Shown here piece by piece: positions 40,890-53,088 of a stretch of 64,000 nt of DNA; position 1 is the stretch's first letter, and each line of letters starts with the position of its first letter. Both the position numbers and the translations under genes were made by a program. The notes under the pieces were generated by a model, which was given only the letters and a program-made list of their open reading frames with translations, was not told where the DNA came from and ran no database searches. Source of the DNA: Rhodanobacter sp. GTDB lineage: Bacteria; Pseudomonadota; Gammaproteobacteria; Xanthomonadales; Rhodanobacteraceae. The DNA lies in NCBI GenBank assembly GCA_036563155.1, contig DATCMT010000026.1:7034-71033 (forward strand), given 5' to 3'.

Positions 40890-41840
40890 CTACATCGGCT
40901 CCGCGGCACTGCCGGATTGCGCCGGTGCCACCGGCTTGACGAAACGCAGCGTCATCCGATCAGACTCACCGATCGCCAGATAGCGTGCGCGATCCTTGTC
41001 GCCCAATGTCAGTGTGGGCGGCAACGTCCATACGCCCTTGGCGTAAGTCCGGGTGTCCGCGGGATTGGCGTTGATCTCGCTGCTTGCGTCAAGCATGAAG
41101 CCGGCATCGGTGGCGAGCTTCACCACGTAGCTCACGGGCAGATAGCCGCTGTTCTTCACCGCCTCCAGCGAAGCGGCGGGATCGGCACGGTGATCGACCA
41201 CACCGAGCACGCCACCGGGCTTGAGCACCGCAAAGAACGCCTTGAACATCGCCGGCGCCGTGTCGGCCATCACCCAGTTGTGCACATTGCGAAACGTCAG
41301 CACGGTGTCGGCCGAACCCGGCGGCCCCAAAACCGGCTTGGCACCATCGAACTGGATGATCTGCGCCTTGCCATAACGCGCGGGGTCCGCGGCGAATTTC
41401 CGGCGCAAGGCGCTGTCGTTGTCGCGCGCCTCGCGGTCCGCGGCGGGCGCTTTCTCGGCGGCAATATAGTGGCCGTTGTCGTGCAGCAGGGGGGCCAGGA
41501 TCTCGGCATACCAGCCGCCACCGGGAGTGATCTCGATCACCGTGCGGTCCGGCCGCACCCCGAAGAACTGCAAGGTGGCCTTGGGGTGGCGATAAGTATC
41601 GCGGGCGCGGTTGGCTGCCGAGCGCCAGTCGCCGGACAGGACGTCGTCCAGCCGCGAGGCGGTGAAATCAGTGGCGCTGGTGGGCGGCACCAGCGCGTCG
41701 GTCGGCTGGTCCGCATCGGCGGATGCCACCTGGTTGGCCTGCGCGCTGGCCACGGCCGGCAGGCCCAGACACATCGCCAGCAACAAGCCCGCAACTACGC
41801 GCGCCGGCCCTTGCGACGCCCTTCGCTTACCACGAATCAT
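40890..41840 (-). CDS. Exported class I SAM-methyltransferase-like protein
   Basis: Signal peptide, RDTYRHP..TL.FFG, IEITPGGGWY, TFRNVHNW, GESDRMTLRF. Confidence 0.85.
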   Translation of the reverse strand: MIRGKRRASQGPARVVAGLLLAMCLGLPAVASAQANQVASADADQPTDALVPPTSATDFTASRLDDVLSGDWRSAANRARDTYRHPKATLQFFGVRPDRTVIEITPGGGWYAEILAPLLHDNGHYIAAEKAPAADREARDNDSALRRKFAADPARYGKAQIIQFDGAKPVLGPPGSADTVLTFRNVHNWVMADTAPAMFKAFFAVLKPGGVLGVVDHRADPAASLEAVKNSGYLPVSYVVKLATDAGFMLDASSEINANPADTRTYAKGVWTLPPTLTLGDKDRARYLAIGESDRMTLRFVKPVAPAQSGSAAEPM

Positions 41841-42047
41841 GGGTGACTCCCCGAACGGTTGACCATCTGTTGCGACCCAATATCACCAATAGCGTGTGCA
41901 CATTCGGTAGACGACCTGAAGTGCCCGGACAGCGCCACATGCACACGGCACCGGAGCCCCATCCATACGAGAGGCTGCGAGCCGCCATTCTACGCCACGG
42001 CGACCCCGTCGCAGGGCCATTCGTCCCGGCCACTTCGCATCCGGCAA

Positions 42048-42222
42048 GTAGCGGATCACCGAACGGATCACCTTGCCCTCATGGATCCGCTCAAACGCGC
42101 CGTTGGTGCACATCGGCGGCGTCACCCCGGTGATCATCGGGTGGGTCTTGCTGCCACTGGCCACGTATCGCGCAAGGCAACCGGACGGCTGCGAGTGTCC
42201 CACGCGGCCAGCGCCCGGTCAC
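42048..42222 (-). pseudogene. Degenerate C-terminal remnant of a class III alcohol dehydrogenase (FrmA-like)
   Basis: VTGRWPRGT in one frame, then PMITGVTPPMCTNGAFERIHEGKVIRSVIRY in another; resembles the FrmA end VTGRVWRG..ITH..INEAFDLMHEGKSIRSVIHY. Confidence 0.6.
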
Positions 42223-42317
42223 GTTCGGCGCCGGTTGCAAGCTCGACGCCGGCTTGATTCCGGGCTCGACCGCTACCAGTTCATTGAAATCGTTCGACGC
42301 TCGCCCCGAGGTGTTTC

Positions 42318-43262
42318 ATGCAACAGCGCCGACTCGGCAGGTCGCCCCTGTCCACCGCTCCGCTCGCACTGGGCGCCAATGTGTTCGGCTGGACGGTGGA
42401 CGAGAAACGGGCATTCGAATTGCTCGATGCATTCGTCGATGCCGGCGGCAACCTGATCGACACGGCCGACGTCTATCCCGCGTGGGTCCCCGGCAATCGG
42501 GGTGGCGAGTCGGAAGCCATCATCGGCAAATGGCTGAAGAAGAGCGGCAAGCGCGAGCGGGTGGTGATCTCAACCAAGGTGGCCAAGTGGGCCGAACATC
42601 CGGGCTTGTCGCCGGTGAACATCGCCCAGGCGGTGGACGGTTCGCTGGGCCGTCTGCAGGTGGATTGCATCGATCTTTACCAGGCACACGAAGACGATGC
42701 CAGCGTGCCGATGGCCGACACGCTGGGCGCATTCGCCCGATTGATCGAGGCGGGCAAGGTGCGCGTGATCGGCGCGTCGAACTTCGGCGCGGCGCGCTTC
42801 GCTGACGCGCTGGCGGTCTCACGGCAACACGGCCTGCCCCGCTACGAAACCCTGCAGCCGGAGTACAACCTGGTCAGCCGCGCCGGCTACGAAAAGGAAC
42901 TGGAAGCGCTGGTCCGTCGCGAGGAGATTGGCGTCATCAGTTACTACGGACTGGCCAGCGGTTTCCTCAGCGGCAAGTATCGCAGCGAAGCAGACCTGGC
43001 CAAGAGCGCCGCGCGCGGCAGCGCGGTGAAGAAGTATCTCAACCCGCACGGGATGCAGGTGCTGGCTGCGCTCGATGCGGTGGCGGTCGCGCAGCACGCC
43101 ACGCCGGCCCAGGTGGCACTGGCCTGGCTGATGGCGCGACCGGGCCTTGCGGCACCGATTGTCAGCGCCACCAGCCTGGCGCAGTTGCACGAGCTGCTGG
43201 GCGCCAGTGAGTTGCGCTTGAGCGCGAACGAGGTCGCGCAGCTCGATCTGGCCAGCGCCTGA
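42318..43262 (+). CDS. Aldo/keto reductase
   Basis: LGANVFG, IDTADVY, STKV, IDLYQAH, IGASN, QPEYNL, QVALAWL. Confidence 0.94.
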   Translation: MQQRRLGRSPLSTAPLALGANVFGWTVDEKRAFELLDAFVDAGGNLIDTADVYPAWVPGNRGGESEAIIGKWLKKSGKRERVVISTKVAKWAEHPGLSPVNIAQAVDGSLGRLQVDCIDLYQAHEDDASVPMADTLGAFARLIEAGKVRVIGASNFGAARFADALAVSRQHGLPRYETLQPEYNLVSRAGYEKELEALVRREEIGVISYYGLASGFLSGKYRSEADLAKSAARGSAVKKYLNPHGMQVLAALDAVAVAQHATPAQVALAWLMARPGLAAPIVSATSLAQLHELLGASELRLSANEVAQLDLASA

Positions 43263-43304
43263 CGCACCGCACTTTGCCGCGCGAAGTCGTTCAGGACCAG
43301 GCCA

Positions 43305-44324
43305 TTACTCGGGCACGTCGACCCGGTAGCCCTCGGCCTTCAGCGCGGCCAGATATCCATCGGGCTTGAGCAGCTCGTCCATCGGCAGCAGCGCGAATGT
43401 CTGCTGGTTGGTGGCCAGTGCCTGGCGGGCGGCAGCCAGCCATACCGCCCGCAGCCGGGTCGGCACGTCATCCAGGCCCAGCGTCCGCGCGAAGCCGGCT
43501 TCGGTGAGCGCCGCCACGCACGCGTCACGGCGATCGCTGTCGGGCAATGCCCGCAACGCCTGCAGGTCGCCGGTCGCCCAGGCATTGGCGCGCGCCGCCA
43601 TCGCCGGCATGTCGTGTTCGACGCTGTCGAGGGTGCGGATGAAACAGGTCACGTCATGCGGCGCGGCTTGCTTGAACGCCTTGATGGCCGCACGGGGATG
43701 ATCGATCAGCACCTGGTAGTCCGTCGCCGTCTCGGGCACTCCGTGTTGTCGCGCCAGCGCATCGACGGTTGCCTCGATGCCGCCTGAGCGACTCAGCCCG
43801 TTTGCCTTGAGCGCCTTGCGAAACAGTTCCTGCGCCGCAAACATCGGGCGCCAGCGCTCGATGCCGCGCGCATCACCCAGGTACTTGTGTTTCAGTACCT
43901 CCCAGCGGGCATGGACGGCCGGCGGCACAATCTGCTGCAGCCGCGCACCGTTGGCGTTTTTGCGCGCGCTGTAGGCCGAGGGCAACAGGAACAGCTTGCC
44001 GAGGAAGCCCACATCCGCCTTCAGCTTCACCGACGGACTGCGCAACACCTCCTGCGAGTCCGTGATCACCTGTTCGACGTCGACCGACCGCCACTGCATG
44101 CCGCGCGGCAGCGGTGACAGCGTGCCCAGCACCCACAAGACGTGTTCACCGGTTGCGGGGTCGCCCCGGGTAACCTTCCACAGCCCGGGCCCGGGCTGCA
44201 TGCCGGTGACCACCACGACGGGCAGATCGGCCACGGCCGCCGGCGGCTCCGGTGCGGCGGATTGCGCCAGCAGCGGCGCGCATCCACTCAGGGCAAACAG
44301 CAAGGCGACGCGCCACACCTGCAT
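43305..44324 (-). CDS. TraB/GumN-family exported protein
   Basis: Signal peptide, PGPGLWKV..LWVLGT..PLP, C-terminal L..EGY.V. Confidence 0.85.
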   Translation of the reverse strand: MQVWRVALLFALSGCAPLLAQSAAPEPPAAVADLPVVVVTGMQPGPGLWKVTRGDPATGEHVLWVLGTLSPLPRGMQWRSVDVEQVITDSQEVLRSPSVKLKADVGFLGKLFLLPSAYSARKNANGARLQQIVPPAVHARWEVLKHKYLGDARGIERWRPMFAAQELFRKALKANGLSRSGGIEATVDALARQHGVPETATDYQVLIDHPRAAIKAFKQAAPHDVTCFIRTLDSVEHDMPAMAARANAWATGDLQALRALPDSDRRDACVAALTEAGFARTLGLDDVPTRLRAVWLAAARQALATNQQTFALLPMDELLKPDGYLAALKAEGYRVDVPE

Positions 44325-44443
44325 CCGGTCCACTCCAGTGTTGATGGCGATGATGATGGCAGGGTGAGCCTGAGCCGCGGGCAAACCGCGACCCGGAACA
44401 GGCGTGGGGCGTGCACGACGCCCCTGCCACTACCGTCAGTCGA

Positions 44444-47411
<2,968 letters not shown>

Positions 47412-47427
47412 GTGGTGTCTCCTGGTT

Positions 47428-47722
47428 TCATGGTCGCGACGGGATCTTCAACAGCTGGCCAGGCCGGCTGCGATCCGGATCGGTGAGCTGATCGTGGTTT
47501 GCGTCGAAAATCCGCTTCCACGCACTCGCATTGCCATGGAGGTGCCTGGCGATCTTCGACAAGTTGTCGCCTGCCGCCAGGGCATAGGCAGGCCGTGTCG
47601 GCAGTCGAGCTGACCTGCGACTGCACGTCACCGAAATCGACCCCGGGTGGGGCATCTGGCGCGGTGGACTTCGCCCAGTCCCGCACATCCGAACAATCCG
47701 GTTTGCTGGTCTCGTTGCCCAT
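47428..47722 (-). pseudogene. Frameshifted LysM peptidoglycan-binding protein
   Basis: N-half MGNETSKPDCSDV..DFGDVQSQVSSTAD; LysM (AGDNLSKIARHLHGNASAWKRIFDAN..PDRSRPGQLLKIP) continues in another frame near 47595. Confidence 0.8.
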
Positions 47723-47910
47723 CGCACGCAACTCCGCCCGGGAAGAGAGCGCCAGTGATAACCACGTTGCGGTCAACGGCTTGTGAGTGCGTTTGCGGGG
47801 CGTTCAGCTGGGCAATCTCTCATGCGCAACGATACCGTTCATGGTCGGCCCGATCCCGCTCGCACCACTCCATCGTTATGATGAAAACCACCACATCTCA
47901 CGAGCCTCCC

Positions 47911-48816
47911 ATGTCCGACGATACCCTCAATGCCGACCGCCTCGACGACGTGATACTGGCCCTGTTGTGGGCCAACAGCTTCAAGGAAGAATTCGGCGGT
48001 TACCGCGCCTGGAAATCACTGCCCCGGGACGCACTGGACCGGTTGCATGCCAAGGGCCTTATCGGCAATGCACATGGCCACGCTCACAGCGTCACGCTCG
48101 GTGATGAGGCCTGGTCACGTGGCCAGGCGCTGTTCGAGCAATGGTTCGGCACCGGTGTACCTGCATCCACCAGGCCCGCCACACGAAGCCGGGCCAAGGC
48201 GACAGCCACAGCTGCCGCAAGCGTCCATCAGTTCAAGATCACCCTCGACGGCGTGAAGCCTCCAGTGTGGCGACGCATCCAGCTGCCCACCGACGCCAGC
48301 TTCTGGGACCTGCATTGCGCCATCAACGACGCCATGGGCTGGGAAGACATGCACCTGCACGCGTTTCAGATCGGCGACAAACGCAACGGCATCGACATCG
48401 GCATCCCGATGGAAGACGACATGCCCTGGAACGACACCACCATGCTCGCCGGCTGGGACGTTCCCATTGCCAACCACCTGGACAAGCCCGGCACCCGTTG
48501 CACTTATCTCTACGACTTCGGCGACGACTGGAGTCACAAGGTTGTTCTGGAAGCCATCACCCCACGCGAAGCCAAGGCCAAATACCCCCGCTGCCTCGCC
48601 GGCGCCCGCGCCTGCCCACCCGAAGACTGCGGTGGCATTTATGGTTATACGCGCCTGTGCGACATCCTGAAAAACCCGGCCAAAGCCAACGAGGAAGCCG
48701 AGGAACTGCTCGACTGGCTCGGCGACGACTTCGATCCCGAGGCGTTCGACGCGGGCAAGGTGAAGTTCGGTTCGGCGGCGAGGCGGTTGAAGGCGTTGCG
48801 CGGCAGCATGCGTTGA
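47911..48816 (+). CDS. Fusion of DUF6429-like winged-helix domain and pRiA4b ORF-3 family domain
   Basis: N-terminus LALLW..RAWK..LDRLHAKGLI..SVTL; C-terminus FKITL..PPVWRRI..LHCAINDAMGWEDMHLHAF, YLYDFGDDW, CPPEDCGG. Confidence 0.82.
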   Translation: MSDDTLNADRLDDVILALLWANSFKEEFGGYRAWKSLPRDALDRLHAKGLIGNAHGHAHSVTLGDEAWSRGQALFEQWFGTGVPASTRPATRSRAKATATAAASVHQFKITLDGVKPPVWRRIQLPTDASFWDLHCAINDAMGWEDMHLHAFQIGDKRNGIDIGIPMEDDMPWNDTTMLAGWDVPIANHLDKPGTRCTYLYDFGDDWSHKVVLEAITPREAKAKYPRCLAGARACPPEDCGGIYGYTRLCDILKNPAKANEEAEELLDWLGDDFDPEAFDAGKVKFGSAARRLKALRGSMR

Positions 48817-48932
48817 GCAATACACCAGCAGCAGCGAGTCGTATAGTCGGACACTGCGCCATCCCCTTCCGTCTCGATCCCTGAGACGGACGACGGATAC
48901 GTTCGCGACCAGGCATCCAAAGGGGATCGCTT

Positions 48933-49355
48933 GTGCAACGTCGTCGTTTCCTCATTCACCTGTCCGAGGCACTGGCCGCCTTCGGCGCGCTTCCGGGTGC
49001 AGCGAACGCCAGGCCTCGCGCGGACAAGGCCACGCAAATCCACCTGCAGGACTGTCGCATCGCCGGCGGTCATTACTACGACTGCCCGAGCGTCCTGTCC
49101 GACCTTCGCCCCAGCGATGCGCGGCGGTCTCGCCGCCAACCCGGGAACCCGCACGAAGAACGCGCCATCGAGGTGCTCTGGCACGGCCGCAAACTCGGCT
49201 ACCTGCCGCGTCCGGACAACGCCGCTGCTGCGTCGCTGCTTGATCGCACGCACGACCTTCGCGGCAAAATTTTTGCTGTCGACAATCAGGAAGAAGAGTT
49301 GGAGCCGATCAGGTTACGCGTGTGGATTTACGCCCACCATGGCGACGCACGGTGA
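48933..49355 (+). CDS. Stand-alone HIRAN-domain protein with twin-arginine-like leader
   Basis: MQRRRFL leader; IAGGHYY, PGNPHE..AIEV..KLGYLPR.DN..A.LLD. Confidence 0.75.
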   Translation: MQRRRFLIHLSEALAAFGALPGAANARPRADKATQIHLQDCRIAGGHYYDCPSVLSDLRPSDARRSRRQPGNPHEERAIEVLWHGRKLGYLPRPDNAAAASLLDRTHDLRGKIFAVDNQEEELEPIRLRVWIYAHHGDAR

Positions 49356-49381
49356 ACGCCACAATACCAACGCACTGCGCT

Positions 49382-49828
49382 TCAAGCAGGTCGCTGCATA
49401 TCAAGCAGCGCCATGCCCAACTCGCCCGCGCCCGTGTTGAGCTTCGCATTGAAACAGGCGAACACGAGGTTCGCTGCACCGACCGTTACACACACGCGCT
49501 CGGCGACGGCCAGATGCACACTGTCGTAGGCTCGCAACCCGAAGCGACGCGCCAACGCCGCCGCACGCTGCAACAGCACCTCATCGACACTGATACGCGT
49601 CATCGCCAGCCAGTCCGACTGAAACTTCGTCCACACCACATGGTGATCGGCGGCGGAAATGCGCTGCATCCTTTCCGCCTTGGTCAACGCCGCGGCCATC
49701 TCGGCATAGGCAATCAGGTGGCTGCACGGCGTGACGCCCTCGCGCCCCACCAACTCGACCACCGAACCCCGGCCGACCTCCGGGAGATAGAGGCGTGCCA
49801 GCGCGGAGGTATCGAGATACGCAATCAC
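49382..49828 (-). CDS. vapC: PIN-domain toxin VapC
   Basis: YLDTSAL, YAEM, LRAYDSVHLA; GTGA overlap with upstream antitoxin. Confidence 0.9.
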   Translation of the reverse strand: MIAYLDTSALARLYLPEVGRGSVVELVGREGVTPCSHLIAYAEMAAALTKAERMQRISAADHHVVWTKFQSDWLAMTRISVDEVLLQRAAALARRFGLRAYDSVHLAVAERVCVTVGAANLVFACFNAKLNTGAGELGMALLDMQRPA

Positions 49829-50100
49829 TCCCTGTCTTCCAGCAACAAATCCGTGAAGCTCGGCCCTTCCCCGCGCCAGCCGACCGGCGTGTCCAACCCC
49901 AGGTTCGACACCACGTGGCTCGGTAACACCGCCCAGGACTGGTGTTGCAGCACGTCGGCGGCGGACAAGGACGGCGCCGCGGGAGGCGACAACCGCGCCA
50001 CCACGGTTCCACGAGAGGTCACGGAAATTTCCTCGCCATTGCGCACCCGGCGCAAAACGGCGGAGAGGTTGGCTTTTAGATTGCGGGTGCTGACTTGCAT
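49825..50100 (-). CDS. Phd/YefM-family antitoxin
   Basis: MQVSTRNLKANLSAVLRRVRNGEEISVTSRGTVVARLSP; GGAG RBS. Confidence 0.92.
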   Translation of the reverse strand: MQVSTRNLKANLSAVLRRVRNGEEISVTSRGTVVARLSPPAAPSLSAADVLQHQSWAVLPSHVVSNLGLDTPVGWRGEGPSFTDLLLEDRE

Positions 50101-50115
50101 CGCAAGTCTCCAGAA

Positions 50116-50145
50116 TGTGGTCACATCATTGTTGTTGTGGTCACA
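50116..50145. promoter_or_regulatory. Tandem palindromic operator of the TA operon
   Basis: TGTGGTCACA (TGTG-N2-CACA) at 50116-50125 and 50136-50145, just upstream of the antitoxin RBS. Confidence 0.7.
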
Positions 50146-50369
50146 CAATCAATTTAGTTCAAGAACGTGCGCTGTATGCGGCGGTATCGAACGTCACGCG
50201 CTGCGCAATGCCTGGTCCAGCATCGGCATCGATCGCGTTGCTGCTGCCGTGAGGGTTTGGCGCGGGAAATGCGGTGGTCCGCTGCATGGGGTGCCCTGCT
50301 ATCCAAGAGGCTTCAAAGAGGCCGCGCCAAGTGAACATTGTACTTGGAGTTACGCAGAGCAAGCTCGAT

Positions 50370-50425
50370 ACCTTGATTCGATTGATTCGTTCCTTCTAAC
50401 TAATAGTAATTGTATTTATTCTTCG
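50370..50425 (+). promoter_or_regulatory. AT-rich candidate promoter of the cas operon
   Basis: Strongly AT-rich stretch with TTGATTCG twice (50373, 50382) and TAATAGTAAT downstream; exact -35/-10 not assignable. Confidence 0.4.
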
Positions 50426-50444
50426 AGCGAAGTAGAGTTGCCGC

Positions 50445-50639
50445 ATGGTCAACCATCAGCCCCCCTCCACTTTGTGTCGCCCCGCCGTCTCTGTGGTGGT
50501 GCACCTGCCGTACGAAATCGCCGATTGGCTGGCTTCGCAGCCAGACAGACACACATGGGTGACGCAACTCCTCGTCTCTTTTTATCGCCAGCGGCAGCCA
50601 GATCGACCTACGCAGGACGGAGCATCACATGAGCTTTGA
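50445..50639 (+). CDS. Small putative ribbon-helix-helix protein overlapping cas3 start
   Basis: VSVVVHLP-YEIADWLASQ-PDRHTWVTQLLVSFY gives a strand-helix-helix pattern; 11-nt overlap with cas3; RBS weak. Confidence 0.4.
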   Translation: MVNHQPPSTLCRPAVSVVVHLPYEIADWLASQPDRHTWVTQLLVSFYRQRQPDRPTQDGASHEL

Positions 50640-53088
50640 TGCATTCTTTCAGCACGCGACGCGGGTGCCGCGCCTGCCTTACCCCTATCAAACACGCCTG
50701 GCCACGGAGCCGTGGCCGGATGCGCTTCATGTGCCCACGGGCATGGGCAAGACCGCCGCCGTGGTGCTGGCGTGGTTATTCAAACGCGGTCACAGGCACA
50801 GCAACCCGCAGAGCACCCCGGACCCACAGACGCCGCGCAGGCTGGTGATTTGCCTGCCCATGCGTGTGCTGGTTGAGCAGACGGCCGCAGAAGTTCAAGG
50901 CTGGCTCGAATCGCTCGGTCTGCATGGCAAGGTGGGCGATGGCAAGGTGTCCGTGCATGTATTGATGGGCGGCAGCGAAAATGTACGCCATCCTGAATGG
51001 GCCGGTCAGCCGGAAGAAGACGCGATCATCATCGGCACCCAGGACATGCTGCTCTCGCGCGCTCTGATGCGCGGCTACGGCATGAGCCGCTATCAATGGC
51101 CGGTGCATTTCGCCCTGCTGCACAACGATTGCATGTGGGTCTTCGACGAAGTACAGCTGATGGGCGCGGGGCTTCCGACCAGCACGCAACTGGAAGCCTT
51201 CCGTCGCGATACCGGGCTGGCGCCCACCCACGCCAGCCGCAGCCTGTGGGTGTCGGCCACCTTGCACAAGGACTGGCTGGGCACCGTGGATTTCAAACCG
51301 CACCTGGCCACGCTCGCGATTTCCAGCCTGCAAGCCGACGACCGAGCGCAGGAAGTTGTACAACAGCGTTTGAGCGCATCCAAGCGGCTGCACCGGGCGC
51401 AAACCTCGCTCTCGGGTGGCGCCAAGGGCGATATCCAAGACTACGTCGCGTCGCTGGCTGGCGAGATCGTCGGCCAGCATCAAGCTGGTTGCCAGACACT
51501 GGTCATCCTCAACAACGTCGAGCGCGCGCAGCGGTTGCACACCGAGCTTGGCAAACGGCTGGCCGACGTACCACGGTTGCTTTTGCATGCCCGCTTCCGT
51601 GCGGAAGAGAGGCAGAGACTTGAGCGGCAACTTCGTGACCAACCAAATGCTCGCGGCCGCATCATCATCGCCACTCAGGCAATCGAGGCCGGCGTGGATA
51701 TCTCCGGCCGCACACTGTTCACCGAACTCGCGCCGTGGGCGTCGATGGTGCAGCGTTTTGGTCGCTGCAACCGGGACGGCAAACACGACCAGGCAGATGT
51801 GTTCTGGATCGACATCGCTGCCGACGCGGAGAGGCTCGCACGTCCCTATGACAACGTCACGCTGGCTGCCTCGCGCGACACGCTAGCCGCGCTGGAAGAT
51901 GTCGGTCCGACCCACCTGCCGCAGGTGGATGCCAACCGCCCGCTGACCCAGGTGCTGCGGCGGCGTGATTTCCTCGAACTGTTCAACACGGACGCCGACC
52001 TGTCCGGATTTGACGTGGATATCTCACCGTACATCCGCGACAGCGGCATACCGCCGATCCGAGTGTTCTGGCGCCATATCGAAAAGGGAAAACTGGACGC
52101 CATCGACAAACCGCAACACCAGGAACTTTGCCCCGCCTCCATCGGGCAGATCAGCGCCCACTTGGGCAGCAAGCTCAAGGGAGAGTCCCGCAGCGCATGG
52201 CGTTGGGATGTGCTGGATCGCAAGTGGGTTACGGTCCGCGCGGAGCAGGTTCACCCCGGCATGACCCTGCTGTTGAACACCGCGGAAGGCGGTTATAACG
52301 TGGATCTTGGTTTTGTTCCCGCAAGCAACATGCGCGTCGACACGGTCACCGTACAAACAGCCGATGACGAAGCAGACAGCAACGATGGCGACCCGTTGAC
52401 GCAGATCGGTTGCTGGGTATCGCTGCCCCAGCACCTGGGCGATGTCGCCACTGACGCTGCGGCACTATGCCAGTCGCTACACATCGACGCCGCACTGGCA
52501 GCCGCCGTCACCGAGGCTGGGCGTTGGCATGATCTCGGCAAGGCCCACGAAGCATTCCAGAACGCGCTCGAAGACAGTGGTCACGACCCCGACGGTACGC
52601 CGCCGTGGGCCAAGTCAAACGGCCGCGGACGACTACGCTATTTCGTCGAGACGGCCGACGAAAAGCAGCCGCGCAAGCACTTCCGCCACGAGTTGGCCTC
52701 CATGCTGGCGTGGTTGGAACACGGCTCGCGTGACACTCACCACGACCTGATTGCCTATCTGATCGCCGCCCATCACGGCAAAGTACGTATGGGCCTGCGC
52801 ACCCTACCCGGCGAAAGCGAACCCAAGGGAGACCGCGAGAAACTGTTCGCGCGTGGCGTGTGGGACGGCGACCATCTGCCCGCGCTCGCATTCGACGGTC
52901 GTGAGGTGCCGGAGACCACACTGCACCTGGACATCATGCAACTCGGCCGCAGCGAGCGGCAAGGCGCCTCATGGACCGCCCGGACACAGGCCTTGCTCAA
53001 GCAGCATGGTCCGTTCCGGCTGGCCTGGCTGGAAACGCTGGTGCGCATCGCCGACTGGCGCGCCTCAGCACGGGAGGCCAAGCCATGA
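50629..53088 (+). CDS. cas3: Type I-G Cas3 (SF2 helicase with C-terminal HD nuclease)
   Basis: PTGMGKT, FDEVQ, SAT, QRFGRCNR, then LPQHL..HDLGK..RHELAS..AHHGK..IADW. Confidence 0.96.
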   Translation: MSFDAFFQHATRVPRLPYPYQTRLATEPWPDALHVPTGMGKTAAVVLAWLFKRGHRHSNPQSTPDPQTPRRLVICLPMRVLVEQTAAEVQGWLESLGLHGKVGDGKVSVHVLMGGSENVRHPEWAGQPEEDAIIIGTQDMLLSRALMRGYGMSRYQWPVHFALLHNDCMWVFDEVQLMGAGLPTSTQLEAFRRDTGLAPTHASRSLWVSATLHKDWLGTVDFKPHLATLAISSLQADDRAQEVVQQRLSASKRLHRAQTSLSGGAKGDIQDYVASLAGEIVGQHQAGCQTLVILNNVERAQRLHTELGKRLADVPRLLLHARFRAEERQRLERQLRDQPNARGRIIIATQAIEAGVDISGRTLFTELAPWASMVQRFGRCNRDGKHDQADVFWIDIAADAERLARPYDNVTLAASRDTLAALEDVGPTHLPQVDANRPLTQVLRRRDFLELFNTDADLSGFDVDISPYIRDSGIPPIRVFWRHIEKGKLDAIDKPQHQELCPASIGQISAHLGSKLKGESRSAWRWDVLDRKWVTVRAEQVHPGMTLLLNTAEGGYNVDLGFVPASNMRVDTVTVQTADDEADSNDGDPLTQIGCWVSLPQHLGDVATDAAALCQSLHIDAALAAAVTEAGRWHDLGKAHEAFQNALEDSGHDPDGTPPWAKSNGRGRLRYFVETADEKQPRKHFRHELASMLAWLEHGSRDTHHDLIAYLIAAHHGKVRMGLRTLPGESEPKGDREKLFARGVWDGDHLPALAFDGREVPETTLHLDIMQLGRSERQGASWTARTQALLKQHGPFRLAWLETLVRIADWRASAREAKP

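Noticed and set aside
44370-44430. GGCAAACC resembling a c-di-GMP-I riboswitch
   Set aside because: Remaining consensus is absent; the nearby GGGGCGT/ACGCCCC hairpin is more likely an icd terminator.
48868-48890. 8-bp hairpin between pRiA4b fusion and HIRAN genes
   Set aside because: No U-tract or other support; cannot be assigned as terminator or transposon end.
50629-53088. Cas3 with HD nuclease at the C-terminus
   Set aside because: This inverted order is the known hallmark of type I-G.
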